From: Shigella phage Shfl2
DNA: 64,000 nt
Sequence record: HM035025
Direction: 5' to 3' (one strand)
Below the pieces are notes generated by a model. The model ran no database searches. It had not been told where the DNA came from and worked only from the letters and a program-made list of their open reading frames with translations. Position numbers and translations under genes: made by a program. Shown in pieces: positions 29,203 to 39,830 of this stretch. The number at the start of each line of letters is the position of its first letter. Within the stretch, counting starts at the first letter, position 1.

Positions 29203-30162
29203 TCACTTCCACTGCATTTCACATGCTAACTGAATGAAAAGATAAGCTAAATGCAATTCAGTATTAGCTGCAATACCATGATACTGATTATTTTCGCCGA
29301 CAATTTCGTACATACGAATAATACTCTGTGGAGTTACACGTGAATAGATTTCTTCGGCAAGTTTACCCACGAACCACGAATAATCGGCTGCATATTTTGG
29401 TGCTAAAGCTCTGAGTTGTTTAACATCTTTATTTTTGAGAGACTCAAGAACATCATCAATAGCACCACGATCGTTAGTAACCAGTGATAAAATACCAGCA
29501 TCCAAAACACCTTTAGATGAATAACTATCGAGCTCGCCAATAGTTTTACGAAAATCAGGAAAATTCTTTTTAACCAAAGCTGCTACAACTTTCATATCAG
29601 CTATAGCAATTCCTTCATGCTTGCAGATTTCAGTCAATCGACGAATCATCTGCTTCATCATTTCAATTTTATCTTCATCGGTTGGTTGACCGAATGTAAT
29701 AACTCGGCAACGTGACTGAAGTGGTTTAATAATACCATCAATATTGTTAGCAGTAATAATAATACTACAGTTTGAACTATAAGCTTCCATAAAGGAACGA
29801 AGATGTCGCTGAGATTCTGCTAATCCTGAGCGGTCAAATTCATCAATAACGATTACTTTTTGACGACCATCAAATGAAGCGGCGCTGGCAAAATTAGTCA
29901 AAGGACCACGAACGAAATCAATTTTACAATCTGATCCATTCACAAACATCATATCAGCATTTACATCATGACACAATGCTTTTGCTACAGTTGTTTTACC
30001 TGTTCCTGGAGAAGGAGAATGAAGAATAATATGTGGAATCTTACCTTTACTTGTAATAGATTTAAAGGTTTCTTTATCAAAGGCGGGAAGAATACATTCA
30101 TCGATAGTAGATGGACGATATTTCTGTTCAAGAATGTGTTCTTTTTCATTTACGGTAATCAT
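29203..30162 (-). CDS. 44: clamp loader ATPase subunit (AAA+)
   Basis: Start at [17 protein letters not shown] (319 aa); Walker A GTGKTT; SRC motif. Confidence 0.93.
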
Positions 30163-30194
30163 AATTTCCTCATTCAAGTTTTAGTGTAAATTAT

Positions 30195-30210
30195 AAAGGG
30201 CCGAAGCCCT
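30195..30210 (-). terminator. stem-loop with UUCG tetraloop downstream of gene 45
   Basis: agggc-cgaa-gccct inverted repeat. Confidence 0.45.
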
Positions 30211-30213
30211 CTA

Positions 30214-30900
30214 TTAAAAATCATGGGTAGAATCAGCTTCAAGAGCTACTACATAATTCGCGTGTTCACCTTCAAATTTAGCAGCACCTTGTTTACCTTT
30301 TGCCCAGAGCAGAAGTTTATAATTTCCTGGTTGCATTTTCATATTTGCCATATTGATAATGAAATTAAATGTATTTTCACCATCATAATCACCAAGAGTC
30401 AAAGAATATTTAACACGGGTCAGAGCAGAATCTTCTACTTTATTAAAACCGTTAATTACAATTTTACCTTCTTTTACCGTGATAGCAATTGTATCAATCT
30501 GCAGACCACGAGATACACGCAATAGCTGTTGAAGGTCTTCAGCTTTAATTTCAGTAACAACAGATGCTACCGGGAATGGAATTGGTTTATTAGGAGCAAC
30601 TACTGTACTCGGATCGGCTGCTGGCCAAAAAATTGTTGAACGAGCATCAGCAATTTTAATATTTCCATCTTCTGACTGAGAAATTTCTGCATCATCATTA
30701 ACTAGAGACAGAATACCGAGAAAACCGTTCAAATCGTAAATTGCTACATCAAAATCAATAACGTCAGAAATATTTGCTTCCGCATAAGTTGTACCATTAA
30801 CTGCACGAGTCATAATAAATTGACCGGATTTAAGCATAATACCAGAGTTAATAGTAGCGAAATTTTTAAGCAGAGCAGTAGTATCTTTAGACAGTTTCAT
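30214..30900 (-). CDS. 45: sliding clamp
   Basis: 228 aa; MKLSKDTTALLKNFATINSGIMLKSGQFIMTRAV... as T4 gp45. Confidence 0.95.
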   Translation of the reverse strand: MKLSKDTTALLKNFATINSGIMLKSGQFIMTRAVNGTTYAEANISDVIDFDVAIYDLNGFLGILSLVNDDAEISQSEDGNIKIADARSTIFWPAADPSTVVAPNKPIPFPVASVVTEIKAEDLQQLLRVSRGLQIDTIAITVKEGKIVINGFNKVEDSALTRVKYSLTLGDYDGENTFNFIINMANMKMQPGNYKLLLWAKGKQGAAKFEGEHANYVVALEADSTHDF

Positions 30901-30917
30901 GTAATTTCCTTCAATTC

Positions 30918-30955
30918 AAATGAGATTTAATTTTATAACTAATTTAATAAAGCAA
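30918..30955 (-). promoter_or_regulatory. MotA-dependent middle promoter upstream of gene 45
   Basis: Minus strand TTGCTTTA (MotA box) followed by a TATAAA-like -10. Confidence 0.45.
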
Positions 30956-31345
30956 TTAACGATTAAAATCAGCCGCAATTGTTTCCGCAACAATTTGAGC
31001 AGCAACAATTAGACGTTCATCTGCATTACCACAATAATCATCTTCAAGGCGTTCACCACATGAAGTCATAATAAACTTAGCACCAGCATTTAAAGATTCT
31101 GTCGTATGTTTGCGCATTAGTTCAATCCATTTATCACTCACTTCACGATCGATAGCTTCATAATACGCATGACGAGCAGGTGCAGATTTAATTTTGTTCT
31201 GAATAACTTCCATTGCGTTATCAGAAAGAGACAAAACCCATGCTCGACGAATTTTATTTTGGTTTTGTGGATTTGATTCAGAACGCACGTGTTTTGGCTG
31301 AATATCTTTTACATCAACAGTATAATTCACAGTAATTTTAGTCAT
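30956..31345 (-). CDS. rpbA: RNA polymerase-binding protein RpbA
   Basis: 129 aa at the T4 rpbA position and size. Confidence 0.75.
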   Translation of the reverse strand: MTKITVNYTVDVKDIQPKHVRSESNPQNQNKIRRAWVLSLSDNAMEVIQNKIKSAPARHAYYEAIDREVSDKWIELMRKHTTESLNAGAKFIMTSCGERLEDDYCGNADERLIVAAQIVAETIAADFNR

Positions 31346-31354
31346 AATACACCT

Positions 31355-31543
31355 TTAGTCATAATAATCAGTAACAGTCCAAGCTTCATTTCTATTGGAC
31401 ATTATTTTTGTATATTCTGCTTTAAATGCATTCCTAAGCATAGATTCAGTAACTATATGCTCTTCATTAGAAAAATTATTTCTCAGAATATATCGTTTTA
31501 TTTCAGGAAAAGTTAATAAATGCTGTCCAGTTGAATATTCCAT
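31355..31543 (-). CDS. hypothetical small protein
   Basis: 62 aa ORF. Confidence 0.4.
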   Translation of the reverse strand: MEYSTGQHLLTFPEIKRYILRNNFSNEEHIVTESMLRNAFKAEYTKIMSNRNEAWTVTDYYD

Positions 31544-31598
31544 GTTTTTCCTCCATAGAGATTATACTCTAATAAATTAAAGCATAATCTCTTATAAA

Positions 31599-33281
31599 TT
31601 AAACCATTACAGTAAATCGACCAACTTTCTTCATTTGAAGATGCTGACCATATTCTTGTGGGTCATGGTCTTTATGCGAAATTATAAAAACATTAGTATT
31701 TTTCATTGAATTTATAATATTCGCTACACCTTTAATACCTTCGGCATCAAATGACCCATCAAATACTTCATCGAGTATTAATGTACTAATACTAACACCA
31801 GATACAATAGAAGCAATATCACGCCAAGTAAATAAAAGAGCAATATCAATTCGTGCTTTTTCACCTTCACTAAATGAAGCATAACTAAAATCTTCACGAC
31901 CACGGGATTTAATTGTCTCATTAAATTCTTCATCTAATGTAAACACATAATCCGCTTCCATTATTTTAAGATAATGGTTAATCTGCTTATTAAATAATGG
32001 AATGTACTTTTTAATAATAGCACCTTTAATACCAGAATCTTTGAGCATATCAGTCAAAATTCCTCGGTGGTATTTTTCCATTACTAAATTAGTTTTTGTC
32101 TTAACAATTTTATCAAGTTCTTCTTGAAGCAGTGCTATTTCATCAGCATGGTCAATAAACTCAGAAGATGCTTTTTCTATAGCCGCTTTAACCTTTTTAG
32201 CTTTATCTACCGTCGTGATTAGAGATTGCTTTTTATTGCGAATATCATTTGCCAACGACTGCTGGGTTTTAATATTATCTCGGTATTCATCAACAAGAAC
32301 TTTTAAATTATCACGATGTGTTGAAAGCTGTTCAAACGAATGCGTGCATTCAGAAACTTTATCTTTAATTTTAGAAACAACTTTATCACCGGAACTTAAT
32401 TGTGACAAGCAGGTTGGACATAATCCACCTTCGTGATACATATTAATGACTTTATTATACGAGTCAATTTTTGATTTAATTAAAACTGCTTCTTGACCGA
32501 TTTTATTAAATGCATCAGTCGGGTCTTCGTCTAAAACAATATTAACTAATCTTTCATTAGCTTCTTCTATTTCCGATTTTAGCGTTCTAGCTTCTTTTGC
32601 CAAATCATCATACATATTTTGAAGACGAGTAAGGTTGTCACCCGTTAATTTTTTCTGGCGTTCAACGTTATCATTATATATTTTAATTTGTTGGATAATA
32701 CTATCTTTTTTAACATCAAGCACTTGGTTTTGTGAATTTAATTCACGTATTAGTGCTTTATTAAGCTTATCCATTTCAGCTAATGTTCCTACCTCAAGCA
32801 GGTCTTCCACAAGCTTTCTTCGTGCAGGGGTCGACAAACCCATGAAAGGGGTATACCCTGCTGTACCAAGGACAACAATCTGCTTGAAACTGGCATATGA
32901 CATTCCGATAAGCTGTTCAAATTCTGCTTGGAAATCTTTACTGCTGGCAGATTCATTAAGACGTGTACCGTTAACGGTGATTTCGAAAACGTTTGGTTTT
33001 TGTCCTCTTTTGATATAGTACTTTTTCTCATCATATTCCATCCACAGTTCAACTAAAAGTTCTTTCTTATTTGTGCTGTTTATTAATTGACCTTTCTTTA
33101 CATCACGAAATGGCTTGCCAAAAAGCCCAAATGTGATGGCTTCTAACATAGTAGACTTACCACCGCCATTTCGTCCAGTAATAAGAGTTTTTTGAACCTT
33201 ATCTAGTTGAATGTCAATAGGATTTCCACCTACTGACATTATATTTTGATACCTAACTCGGTTTAGTTTAAAATTCTTCAC
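31599..33281 (-). CDS. 46: recombination nuclease ATPase subunit (Rad50/SbcC-like)
   Basis: 560 aa; Walker A GRNGGGKST, central coiled coil with CPTC zinc hook, signature/Walker B at the C-terminus. Confidence 0.95.
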   Translation of the reverse strand: MKNFKLNRVRYQNIMSVGGNPIDIQLDKVQKTLITGRNGGGKSTMLEAITFGLFGKPFRDVKKGQLINSTNKKELLVELWMEYDEKKYYIKRGQKPNVFEITVNGTRLNESASSKDFQAEFEQLIGMSYASFKQIVVLGTAGYTPFMGLSTPARRKLVEDLLEVGTLAEMDKLNKALIRELNSQNQVLDVKKDSIIQQIKIYNDNVERQKKLTGDNLTRLQNMYDDLAKEARTLKSEIEEANERLVNIVLDEDPTDAFNKIGQEAVLIKSKIDSYNKVINMYHEGGLCPTCLSQLSSGDKVVSKIKDKVSECTHSFEQLSTHRDNLKVLVDEYRDNIKTQQSLANDIRNKKQSLITTVDKAKKVKAAIEKASSEFIDHADEIALLQEELDKIVKTKTNLVMEKYHRGILTDMLKDSGIKGAIIKKYIPLFNKQINHYLKIMEADYVFTLDEEFNETIKSRGREDFSYASFSEGEKARIDIALLFTWRDIASIVSGVSISTLILDEVFDGSFDAEGIKGVANIINSMKNTNVFIISHKDHDPQEYGQHLQMKKVGRFTVMV

Positions 33282-33541
33282 AAAAGATTCCTTTTAATGT
33301 ATCTTTTAGACCATTCTATCATATCATCATAATCTAAAAAGTATTCATCAAATTCAGCCATGCAAACAACACCTTGTGCTGCTTTTGATGTGATATAAAT
33401 TATTCCAACATATCTAGAATCTTCTTCGGTGTAATCAATATTTGCTATGAATTCATCATTAATGTCAAATGTCGAAAACTTCACAGTATGCATCCTTAAT
33501 ACAAGATACAGCCATATCTTGTAATGATTTAGGTGTGTCAT
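33278..33541 (-). CDS. hypothetical small protein (46.1-like)
   Basis: 87 aa ORF; overlaps the next ORF so the start is uncertain. Confidence 0.35.
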   Translation of the reverse strand: MTHLNHYKIWLYLVLRMHTVKFSTFDINDEFIANIDYTEEDSRYVGIIYITSKAAQGVVCMAEFDEYFLDYDDMIEWSKRYIKRNLL

Positions 33542-33728
33542 TATCTAAAATGTTGAAGTTAAAAGATACAGCCCAATCTGTACAGACCGTAACCTTTTTA
33601 ATACAATTATCTTCAACCTCTAACGGTTCAAACCAATATTCAATAATTTCTTTATGACCAATATCATCTTTTACTTCGCATTCAAAATGCTTACTCATCA
33701 TAACATTTTTAAATTCATCAAAAGTCAT
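33465..33728 (-). CDS. hypothetical small protein (46.2-like)
   Basis: 87 aa ORF. Confidence 0.4.
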   Translation of the reverse strand: MTFDEFKNVMMSKHFECEVKDDIGHKEIIEYWFEPLEVEDNCIKKVTVCTDWAVSFNFNILDNDTPKSLQDMAVSCIKDAYCEVFDI

Positions 33729-34744
33729 TGTGCTGCCTCTACATATAGCTGGTTTGCATATTGAATAAGTGCTTCACGGTCAGAATCAGTGATGTCTGGA
33801 ATTGCATTAATGTATTCTTCCATCAACGTCTGAAGAGATTGAACTTCAACTTCTTCACTGTCATCTGACTCGACAGAGTTATCAATCTTTGACACAACTC
33901 GTAATGAATGCACAACTTTTTCTAGTTCAGATTCGAACTTCGTTAGATTTTTGTCTACTTCAGTTACTATAACACGTACTGATAGATTTGTAAAATCTTT
34001 ATAGTCAATTTTTCCTTTAAATGGATAATGAATTCTACGATGCCAGGTAGTATTGTTTGGAATAAATTCCATTCGTTCTGTTTCTGTATCAAACATCCAG
34101 AACCCGCGAGGGTCATTCTCGTCACCTGCAGTTAGTGTCCATGGTGTCCCAATATATCTGACGTTAGCAGCCTCAGAGATAGTATGGAAGTGACCAGACC
34201 ACACTTCTTTATAAGTCTTAAGGAAATCAGGTTCAAGACCATGAGATTTCATTCCTTTATAAAAATAAAATCCATTCAGTTCCCAGTGACCAACACAAAA
34301 AGAAGCAGATGAAGTTTTGATGTGCTCAAGAATTTCACCAGTATTTTCTTCACACATCCAAGGAATTAAATCAATTAAACATCCGTCAAAATCTACTGTT
34401 GTAGGCTTATCATACACTTTAACATTGGGATATTTAGCCAAAAGCTCAGTAGAGGCATTTGGAGTTAAAGTATTTTTAAAGTGCATATCATGGTTTCCTA
34501 CAACAGTATGTAGGGTAATACCAGCATCATCAAGCATTTGAACTATTTCACGGGCGAACTCCATAGTTTTATGCGTGATTGCTTTTCGCACATCAAAAAT
34601 ATCGCCGTATTGAATCCATGTAGTAATTCCATTTTTCTTAGAATATTCTATTGCTTGTTTAATTCCATCCAACTGAATAGATTGAACCCACTCATCATCA
34701 GCTTTAACGCCTAAATGCCAATCACCTAAATTTAAAATTTTCAT
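33725..34744 (-). CDS. 47: recombination nuclease subunit (Mre11/SbcD-like phosphoesterase)
   Basis: 339 aa; calcineurin-like motifs (DWHLG, GDIFD, GNHD). Confidence 0.95.
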   Translation of the reverse strand: MKILNLGDWHLGVKADDEWVQSIQLDGIKQAIEYSKKNGITTWIQYGDIFDVRKAITHKTMEFAREIVQMLDDAGITLHTVVGNHDMHFKNTLTPNASTELLAKYPNVKVYDKPTTVDFDGCLIDLIPWMCEENTGEILEHIKTSSASFCVGHWELNGFYFYKGMKSHGLEPDFLKTYKEVWSGHFHTISEAANVRYIGTPWTLTAGDENDPRGFWMFDTETERMEFIPNNTTWHRRIHYPFKGKIDYKDFTNLSVRVIVTEVDKNLTKFESELEKVVHSLRVVSKIDNSVESDDSEEVEVQSLQTLMEEYINAIPDITDSDREALIQYANQLYVEAAQ

Positions 34745-34881
34745 ATATCAAGAACCGTCATTGAAATGCAAAATAAAATTATTGAAATAAACCCATCTGG
34801 CGTGCTAAAGAACCCAATCCAACATGCTCTAGTGAATAGATAAAATGCAAGAAAAAGTATCACATATCCAAGAAATATCAT
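34741..34881 (-). CDS. small hydrophobic membrane peptide (46 aa)
   Basis: Hand-translated MIFLGYVILFLAFYLFTRACWIGFFSTPDGFISIILFCISMTVLDI; stop overlaps the gene 47 start (ATGA). Confidence 0.3.
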   Translation of the reverse strand: MIFLGYVILFLAFYLFTRACWIGFFSTPDGFISIILFCISMTVLDI

Positions 34882-34904
34882 TATATCAAACTCCGTATAA
34901 AGCT

Positions 34905-34922
34905 AAAGGGCCGAAGCCCTTT
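34905..34922 (-). terminator. stem-loop with UUCG tetraloop at the 3' end of alpha-gt
   Basis: aaagggc-cgaa-gcccttt inverted repeat overlapping the stop codon. Confidence 0.5.
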
Positions 34923-36123
34923 ATTTTGTAATAATGTCAAACTGTTCTTTAAAGCAGAAGCTTGAATCTTGATGCTGATACAAAAATTCATAAGCTTTTT
35001 CGCGTTCACGGTCATAAAGAGCTCGGTCAGATGACAGTTCTTTAATACGTTCAAATGTTGATTCCATGTCATTTTCATCAAACCAAACGATACCGCTATC
35101 ATGTGAAATTAACGGAGTATTATCAACACGGAATTTTAAATTTTCGCCAGTAGATTTCCAAAATACTGGAATTGTTCCACATGCACCGAGCTCGAGATGA
35201 GTATATTCTAAAGAACGTTGTAGATATTTTTTGTCCAACTTACTCAGCTGATAACCAAATCCGGATTTACTCATGCGTTCAAGCATTTCGCTATTTACAT
35301 AACGGTCAAGAATTTGCGTTGGCAAATTAGGAGCAATTTTAATTTGGTCTACTTGATGAAGACGATAATACTCGTATGGAATTCCTTTTTCTTTAATAGG
35401 AATGAACGCTGGAGAACGTTCCAGACCTTCCATAATAGTACTTAGTCCTGCGGGTTTAAGATGTTTTTCATGAAAATCAAACATCTGATAAAAACCTTTC
35501 CATGTAGTCGTACGACCAATCCAACGATTGATATTCATGTTAATTTCAGAAACATCTTTCCAGTAGGTTGACCGAACCTTCGCAATATCCATAGGAGGCT
35601 GAAAGTTATATACGGTCGGTGCTTCTTCAATGTCATCAAACAGAGAAACAGTTTCTGGATACCATTCTTTCATCAGAACTTTATTAAAATCACCATTATC
35701 AGAATGGCTAAAAATAACATCAGCTCGACGAACAGTTTCTTCTAATCCCAAATTTCGGCGCAAAGAAAGAGAAGAATGGTCATGTTGATAAACTACAACA
35801 CGAACAGAAGGTTTAATGTTATCAATAATTTTTTTATAGTTATTAATAGTGTCTTCTTCAACCGAAGTAGCAGGAACTGAATTGATAATTAGAATATCAC
35901 AATCATTTACCAGCTTAAGTGTTTTATCATATTCTTTTGCCAATAAAACCGGAATTGAAAATGATTTATAATCATGCGCACAATTACGAGTAAATGATTT
36001 ATCTTTAGCATAAACCAAAGTTACTTCATGACCATTTTTAATAAACCAATCACGTTGCTCGAGTGAGAATTTTGTTACACCACAACCTTCAAGACCTCGA
36101 GCCATAAAAATACATACTTTCAT
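34921..36123 (-). CDS. agt: DNA alpha-glucosyltransferase
   Basis: 400 aa; starts M[K/R]VCIFMARGLEGCGVTKFSLEQRDWFIKNGHEVTLVYAKDKSF... as T4 alpha-gt. Confidence 0.93.
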   Translation of the reverse strand: MKVCIFMARGLEGCGVTKFSLEQRDWFIKNGHEVTLVYAKDKSFTRNCAHDYKSFSIPVLLAKEYDKTLKLVNDCDILIINSVPATSVEEDTINNYKKIIDNIKPSVRVVVYQHDHSSLSLRRNLGLEETVRRADVIFSHSDNGDFNKVLMKEWYPETVSLFDDIEEAPTVYNFQPPMDIAKVRSTYWKDVSEINMNINRWIGRTTTWKGFYQMFDFHEKHLKPAGLSTIMEGLERSPAFIPIKEKGIPYEYYRLHQVDQIKIAPNLPTQILDRYVNSEMLERMSKSGFGYQLSKLDKKYLQRSLEYTHLELGACGTIPVFWKSTGENLKFRVDNTPLISHDSGIVWFDENDMESTFERIKELSSDRALYDREREKAYEFLYQHQDSSFCFKEQFDIITK

Positions 36124-36142
36124 TTAATATCCTCTTTGTTTT

Positions 36143-36172
36143 GGTTTATTTTACCAAAAATTTATAAAGCAA
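36143..36172 (-). promoter_or_regulatory. MotA-dependent middle promoter upstream of alpha-gt
   Basis: Minus strand TTGCTTTA MotA box followed by GGTAAAAT -10-like element. Confidence 0.4.
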
Positions 36173-36173
36173 T

Positions 36174-36193
36174 ATAGGAGCCGAAGCTCCTAT
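36174..36193 (-). terminator. stem-loop with UUCG tetraloop
   Basis: ataggagc-cgaa-gctcctat inverted repeat. Confidence 0.4.
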
Positions 36194-36366
36194 CCGCATA
36201 ATACGCCATACAGAGGCTCATTAGAACTTTTAAATTTTATGCGCTTATATGTTATAGTTCCTTCTGCTTTAGCTTTATCATGAGACTCTTTAAAGCGTCT
36301 CATCATTTCCTCTTTAGAGGAACGAATTTTATTATAATCTATTTCAGAAGTCTGGGTGTTCATCTT

Positions 36367-36573
36367 TCATAACTGCCACCATTTTTTGACTTGATAAGAA
36401 TCAACCCACACTTTCATATTAGGGTCTGCTCTTACAATAGGAGGATTAACTTCTTTAATTGAACTATCATGGTATTCTTTTTCAGAAATTTTCACACAAA
36501 GATGACCATTCAAAGATTCAGTAAATCCTGCATTAATTTTAAGACGCTTGAATTTTACGTGTGTAAGCATCAA
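36367..36573 (-). CDS. hypothetical small protein
   Basis: 68 aa ORF. Confidence 0.4.
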   Translation of the reverse strand: MMLTHVKFKRLKINAGFTESLNGHLCVKISEKEYHDSSIKEVNPPIVRADPNMKVWVDSYQVKKWWQL

Positions 36574-36856
36574 TCATATCCTCAATTTGCGATCTAGTAG
36601 TCTTCCAAAGAATACTGATGAGTTCATCGTTATATGGCTGTTTTAGAATATCCCGACTTTTCTTGATAGCATATTCGTATTGAGCAAAATTATTATTTTC
36701 AGCTGCGATCTGAGCGTGCTTATAAAGACGATTCAGTTCGCGTTTGTTTTTAGACAATAACTTATTTGCTTTTCTTTCTGCTTCAAGACGGTTCTTTTCT
36801 TCAATAGAAGAAATAAGCTTTTCCACTTCATCATTAATTTCGGGTTTATCAGTCAT
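36539..36856 (-). CDS. hypothetical protein
   Basis: 105 aa ORF. Confidence 0.4.
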   Translation of the reverse strand: MTDKPEINDEVEKLISSIEEKNRLEAERKANKLLSKNKRELNRLYKHAQIAAENNNFAQYEYAIKKSRDILKQPYNDELISILWKTTRSQIEDMIDAYTRKIQAS

Positions 36857-36857
36857 A

Positions 36858-37076
36858 TTATTTCTCTAATATAAAATAAAAATCATCATCTGTTAAATGA
36901 TACCGATAGTTTAATTCTACACCATTAGATTTAAAAGCGGTATCATACGGATTTTCTGGATCAATATCAATGTCAAGAGCTAAAACTTCCCTGAGATACA
37001 TTTTAAGTAAATAGGGAATAGCTTCAACTTCAGGTATTTCTTCCAAGAATCCGGAGAGGTTAATCGTTAGCCTCAT
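36858..37076 (-). CDS. hypothetical small protein
   Basis: 72 aa ORF. Confidence 0.4.
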
Positions 37077-37617
37077 ATAAAAAATCCAAACTAGGAGAAT
37101 CGTCTACAACACTTTTCTTTTCAGCCCCCGGTGTTCTATAGGTTGATTCTTCGTAATGCGTCATTTTATCATAGATGTCTTGAATAAAAGTTTCATCTAC
37201 TAACGCAACCATATCGTCGTCACGGCTGTCATAGACATTGTGAACGAAGTAACTATATTTCTTTGCAACTTCCTTACGTTCTTTTTTAATACGTTGGACG
37301 AATGCATTAAAACAAGCTTGAGTTATATATGCATGTGGGTTTTTATATTTCGTTTCATCAAAATTGTGAAGCCCCTTAATAGAAGCTTCTATACCATCTG
37401 CAATCATTTCTTGTTTCCAAGACTGGGTGTATCCTGAAAAGTTGAAACGTTTAGATAAGCCTTCTGCAATAAGCATAATGGCTAATCCGATAGTATCATT
37501 TTGACGAACTACTTTATTTGGGTCTTTATTATTTGCTAATTCTGTTTTCCAATCAATAATAGCTTGTAAAAGCTCTTTATTGTTTACGTAATTATATTTA
37601 GGCTTAGTTTCTGACAT
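37060..37617 (-). CDS. 55: late-transcription sigma factor gp55
   Basis: Start at [24 protein letters not shown] (185 aa) as T4 gp55. Confidence 0.92.
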
Positions 37618-37695
37618 TTTCACCTCTTAGCTCAATTCATAGATCTATTATATCATAATATTTGAAGATCTATCTTAAAGCATAGAGGATATCAG

Positions 37696-37965
37696 TTATC
37701 TAAGTAAACAGTATGCTTGGAACACTTTCTCCATCATCTTTTTAAATTCATGAATATCTATATAATGACTAGTTAGATCAGCATGATATAAAAAGTCTAA
37801 AAACTTTTCATGTGTACTAACATATTCGCTTTCATTTAATTCAGAAACATGGCTTTCCCAATATCCAACACCAGTCTTATTTGGGAAAAATGAAATTTTC
37901 ATGTATTGGTCAACATAGAAAATGCCATAATTTTCAATAGTAATAGAAATATTAATAAATTTCAT
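37696..37965 (-). CDS. hypothetical protein
   Basis: 89 aa ORF. Confidence 0.4.
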   Translation of the reverse strand: MKFINISITIENYGIFYVDQYMKISFFPNKTGVGYWESHVSELNESEYVSTHEKFLDFLYHADLTSHYIDIHEFKKMMEKVFQAYCLLR

Positions 37966-38177
37966 ACATTCATCAACTTAGCCGCTTCAAGAGCTGCATC
38001 TAGTGAATCAAATTGGTCAACATATTCAATCAATTCGCCGTAATTAGCGTATAACCACCATTGACTGAATTCATATTCAAGGATAAATCCATTTCCCTCA
38101 ATTTGAGTTAAACCAATGCCATTTGTATTTACTTCATATCCGGCAAGACGCAAATCATTAATAAGAGCTTCGTTCAT
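37962..38177 (-). CDS. hypothetical small protein
   Basis: 71 aa ORF. Confidence 0.4.
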   Translation of the reverse strand: MNEALINDLRLAGYEVNTNGIGLTQIEGNGFILEYEFSQWWLYANYGELIEYVDQFDSLDAALEAAKLMNV

Positions 38178-38179
38178 AA

Positions 38180-38506
38180 TTATGCCTTAGTAATTTTCAG
38201 GTCAGCAAATTTTTTCTTGCGTTGATTTTTCATGCGACGAATAGTTTTATCGGAAATTTCATGCTTTTGATAAGCTTTAGATTCTACACCAAAAGCTTTA
38301 ACATCAAATTCTGACAAGATATATTGAACCAACAATTCACGGACAGTATTGCGTCCAATCTTCTGATCATTCTGTTTCATCGTTTGATGAAGCTCTTTTT
38401 CCCATTTATCCAAAATTTGAGGAGTTACAATATCGCCTTTTTCTAACAAAGAAACTACTTTATCATATGCGTAAGAATTGATGGCGTTTTTAATTTGAAT
38501 AGTCAT
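38180..38506 (-). CDS. hypothetical protein
   Basis: 108 aa ORF with basic C-terminus. Confidence 0.4.
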   Translation of the reverse strand: MTIQIKNAINSYAYDKVVSLLEKGDIVTPQILDKWEKELHQTMKQNDQKIGRNTVRELLVQYILSEFDVKAFGVESKAYQKHEISDKTIRRMKNQRKKKFADLKITKA

Positions 38507-38541
38507 ACATTATCCTCAATTGCGTTAAAATTTTATTATCC

Positions 38542-38560
38542 AAAAAGGGCCGAAGCCCTT
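38542..38560 (-). terminator. stem-loop with UUCG tetraloop
   Basis: aagggc-cgaa-gccctt after an A-run on the plus strand. Confidence 0.5.
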
Positions 38561-38759
38561 AGCTAAACTGTTTGGCACCCTTCCAGCCTTCGTACATCAT
38601 TGCGGCTGATATTAATATTGCTCCTGCGCATTTTGAATATTTGTGATTCCAAAACCAGTTCAGAAAAACTTCGTCATCAATACCCTGGGCTATCATATTT
38701 TCAAAGAACTGGCGACGAGCTTCAGCAATTCGTTGCGATAATTTAGATTCAGGATTCAT
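38559..38759 (-). CDS. hypothetical small protein
   Basis: 66 aa ORF. Confidence 0.4.
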   Translation of the reverse strand: MNPESKLSQRIAEARRQFFENMIAQGIDDEVFLNWFWNHKYSKCAGAILISAAMMYEGWKGAKQFS

Positions 38760-38975
38760 TTAAATTTTCCAGTTACCATTTTCATCAATAAATTTAATCC
38801 AGTCATTTACTGACCACTTGGTCGTATCGCCTTTTGGAGCAACATTTAAAGTATATAATCCCTGCTTAAAAAGCATTCGTTTGATATTCATATTTTCCTC
38901 AGCTGTAACGATAACACTCGTTTGATTTACGTTTAGCAACTCGTTGAGAAGTATTATAATCAAAATCATCGTCAA
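38760..38975 (-). CDS. hypothetical small protein
   Basis: 71 aa ORF. Confidence 0.35.
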   Translation of the reverse strand: MTMILIIILLNELLNVNQTSVIVTAEENMNIKRMLFKQGLYTLNVAPKGDTTKWSVNDWIKFIDENGNWKI

Positions 38976-39237
38976 TGTAAACTGATTTTTTCAACTTTCT
39001 TACTTCACCGCGTAATTGACGATTTAGCTCATCTTTAACTTCTGAATCAATACCTTTCATTCTACGCCATTTATCTGAGCGAAAAATGTTTTCAACCATA
39101 TCTTTATGACTTACACCATCAGGAGCTTTACGCTTTCCGAAATAGTCATAATCACGCACTTTTAAGTCTTTACGACGATACGTTTTACCCATGGAGTTTA
39201 ATTTCCTTAGCAACTGAACTAAATACAGCACGATCAC
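38899..39237 (-). CDS. hypothetical basic protein
   Basis: 112 aa ORF; true start probably the internal MGKTYRRKDLK. Confidence 0.4.
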   Translation of the reverse strand: MIVLYLVQLLRKLNSMGKTYRRKDLKVRDYDYFGKRKAPDGVSHKDMVENIFRSDKWRRMKGIDSEVKDELNRQLRGEVRKLKKSVYIDDDFDYNTSQRVAKRKSNECYRYS

Positions 39238-39486
39238 AAATCATACGTTTGTTCCATTTAATCACAGTATAATGAACATCTAAATCATCGACTGCTGTAA
39301 CAATAACGATATGTCCGTTAACACGATAGTACTGGTCAATTTTAATCTCTTTATCAACCATATCAATTCCTCAAAGGTAATTCATATGTTAATAATACCA
39401 CGGTTTGAACTTGTTGTAAACAACTTTGTGAAAAATATTTTAGGGAATGATAAGAAAGGAACGATAGCTTAGAATGGTAATATACA

Positions 39487-39506
39487 GAATGTGAGAAAGA
39501 AAGGCC
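39487..39506 (-). terminator. GC-rich stem-loop downstream of nrdH
   Basis: ggccc-aga-gggcc inverted repeat. Confidence 0.45.
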
Positions 39507-39519
39507 CAGAGGGCCCGTC

Positions 39520-39828
39520 TTAATCTTCTATGATATCTCTATCATATCCAAGTGAAATGAGAGTTTCTTTGAAGTGTTTAATGTTCTTTTGTCTAGAATC
39601 ATTGATGAAAATGACTGGATAACGAATGTTAAGAGATGTGAATCCAGCGCGTTTAGCAAGAGATACAATCAGTGGACGATCATACTCAATCTTACCATTA
39701 TTTGTAAGAACTTTATAGAAAGTAAAAGGAGCATTGAGCTCCTTTAGAAGTTTTGTAACTGATTGACATCCAGGACAACGACCTACTTCATCTGGAATTC
39801 CATAGACTTCAATCTTGTTTTGTTTCAC
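39520..39828 (-). CDS. nrdH: glutaredoxin-like protein NrdH
   Basis: 102 aa; CPGC redox motif. Confidence 0.82.
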   Translation of the reverse strand: MKQNKIEVYGIPDEVGRCPGCQSVTKLLKELNAPFTFYKVLTNNGKIEYDRPLIVSLAKRAGFTSLNIRYPVIFINDSRQKNIKHFKETLISLGYDRDIIED

Positions 39829-39830
39829 AA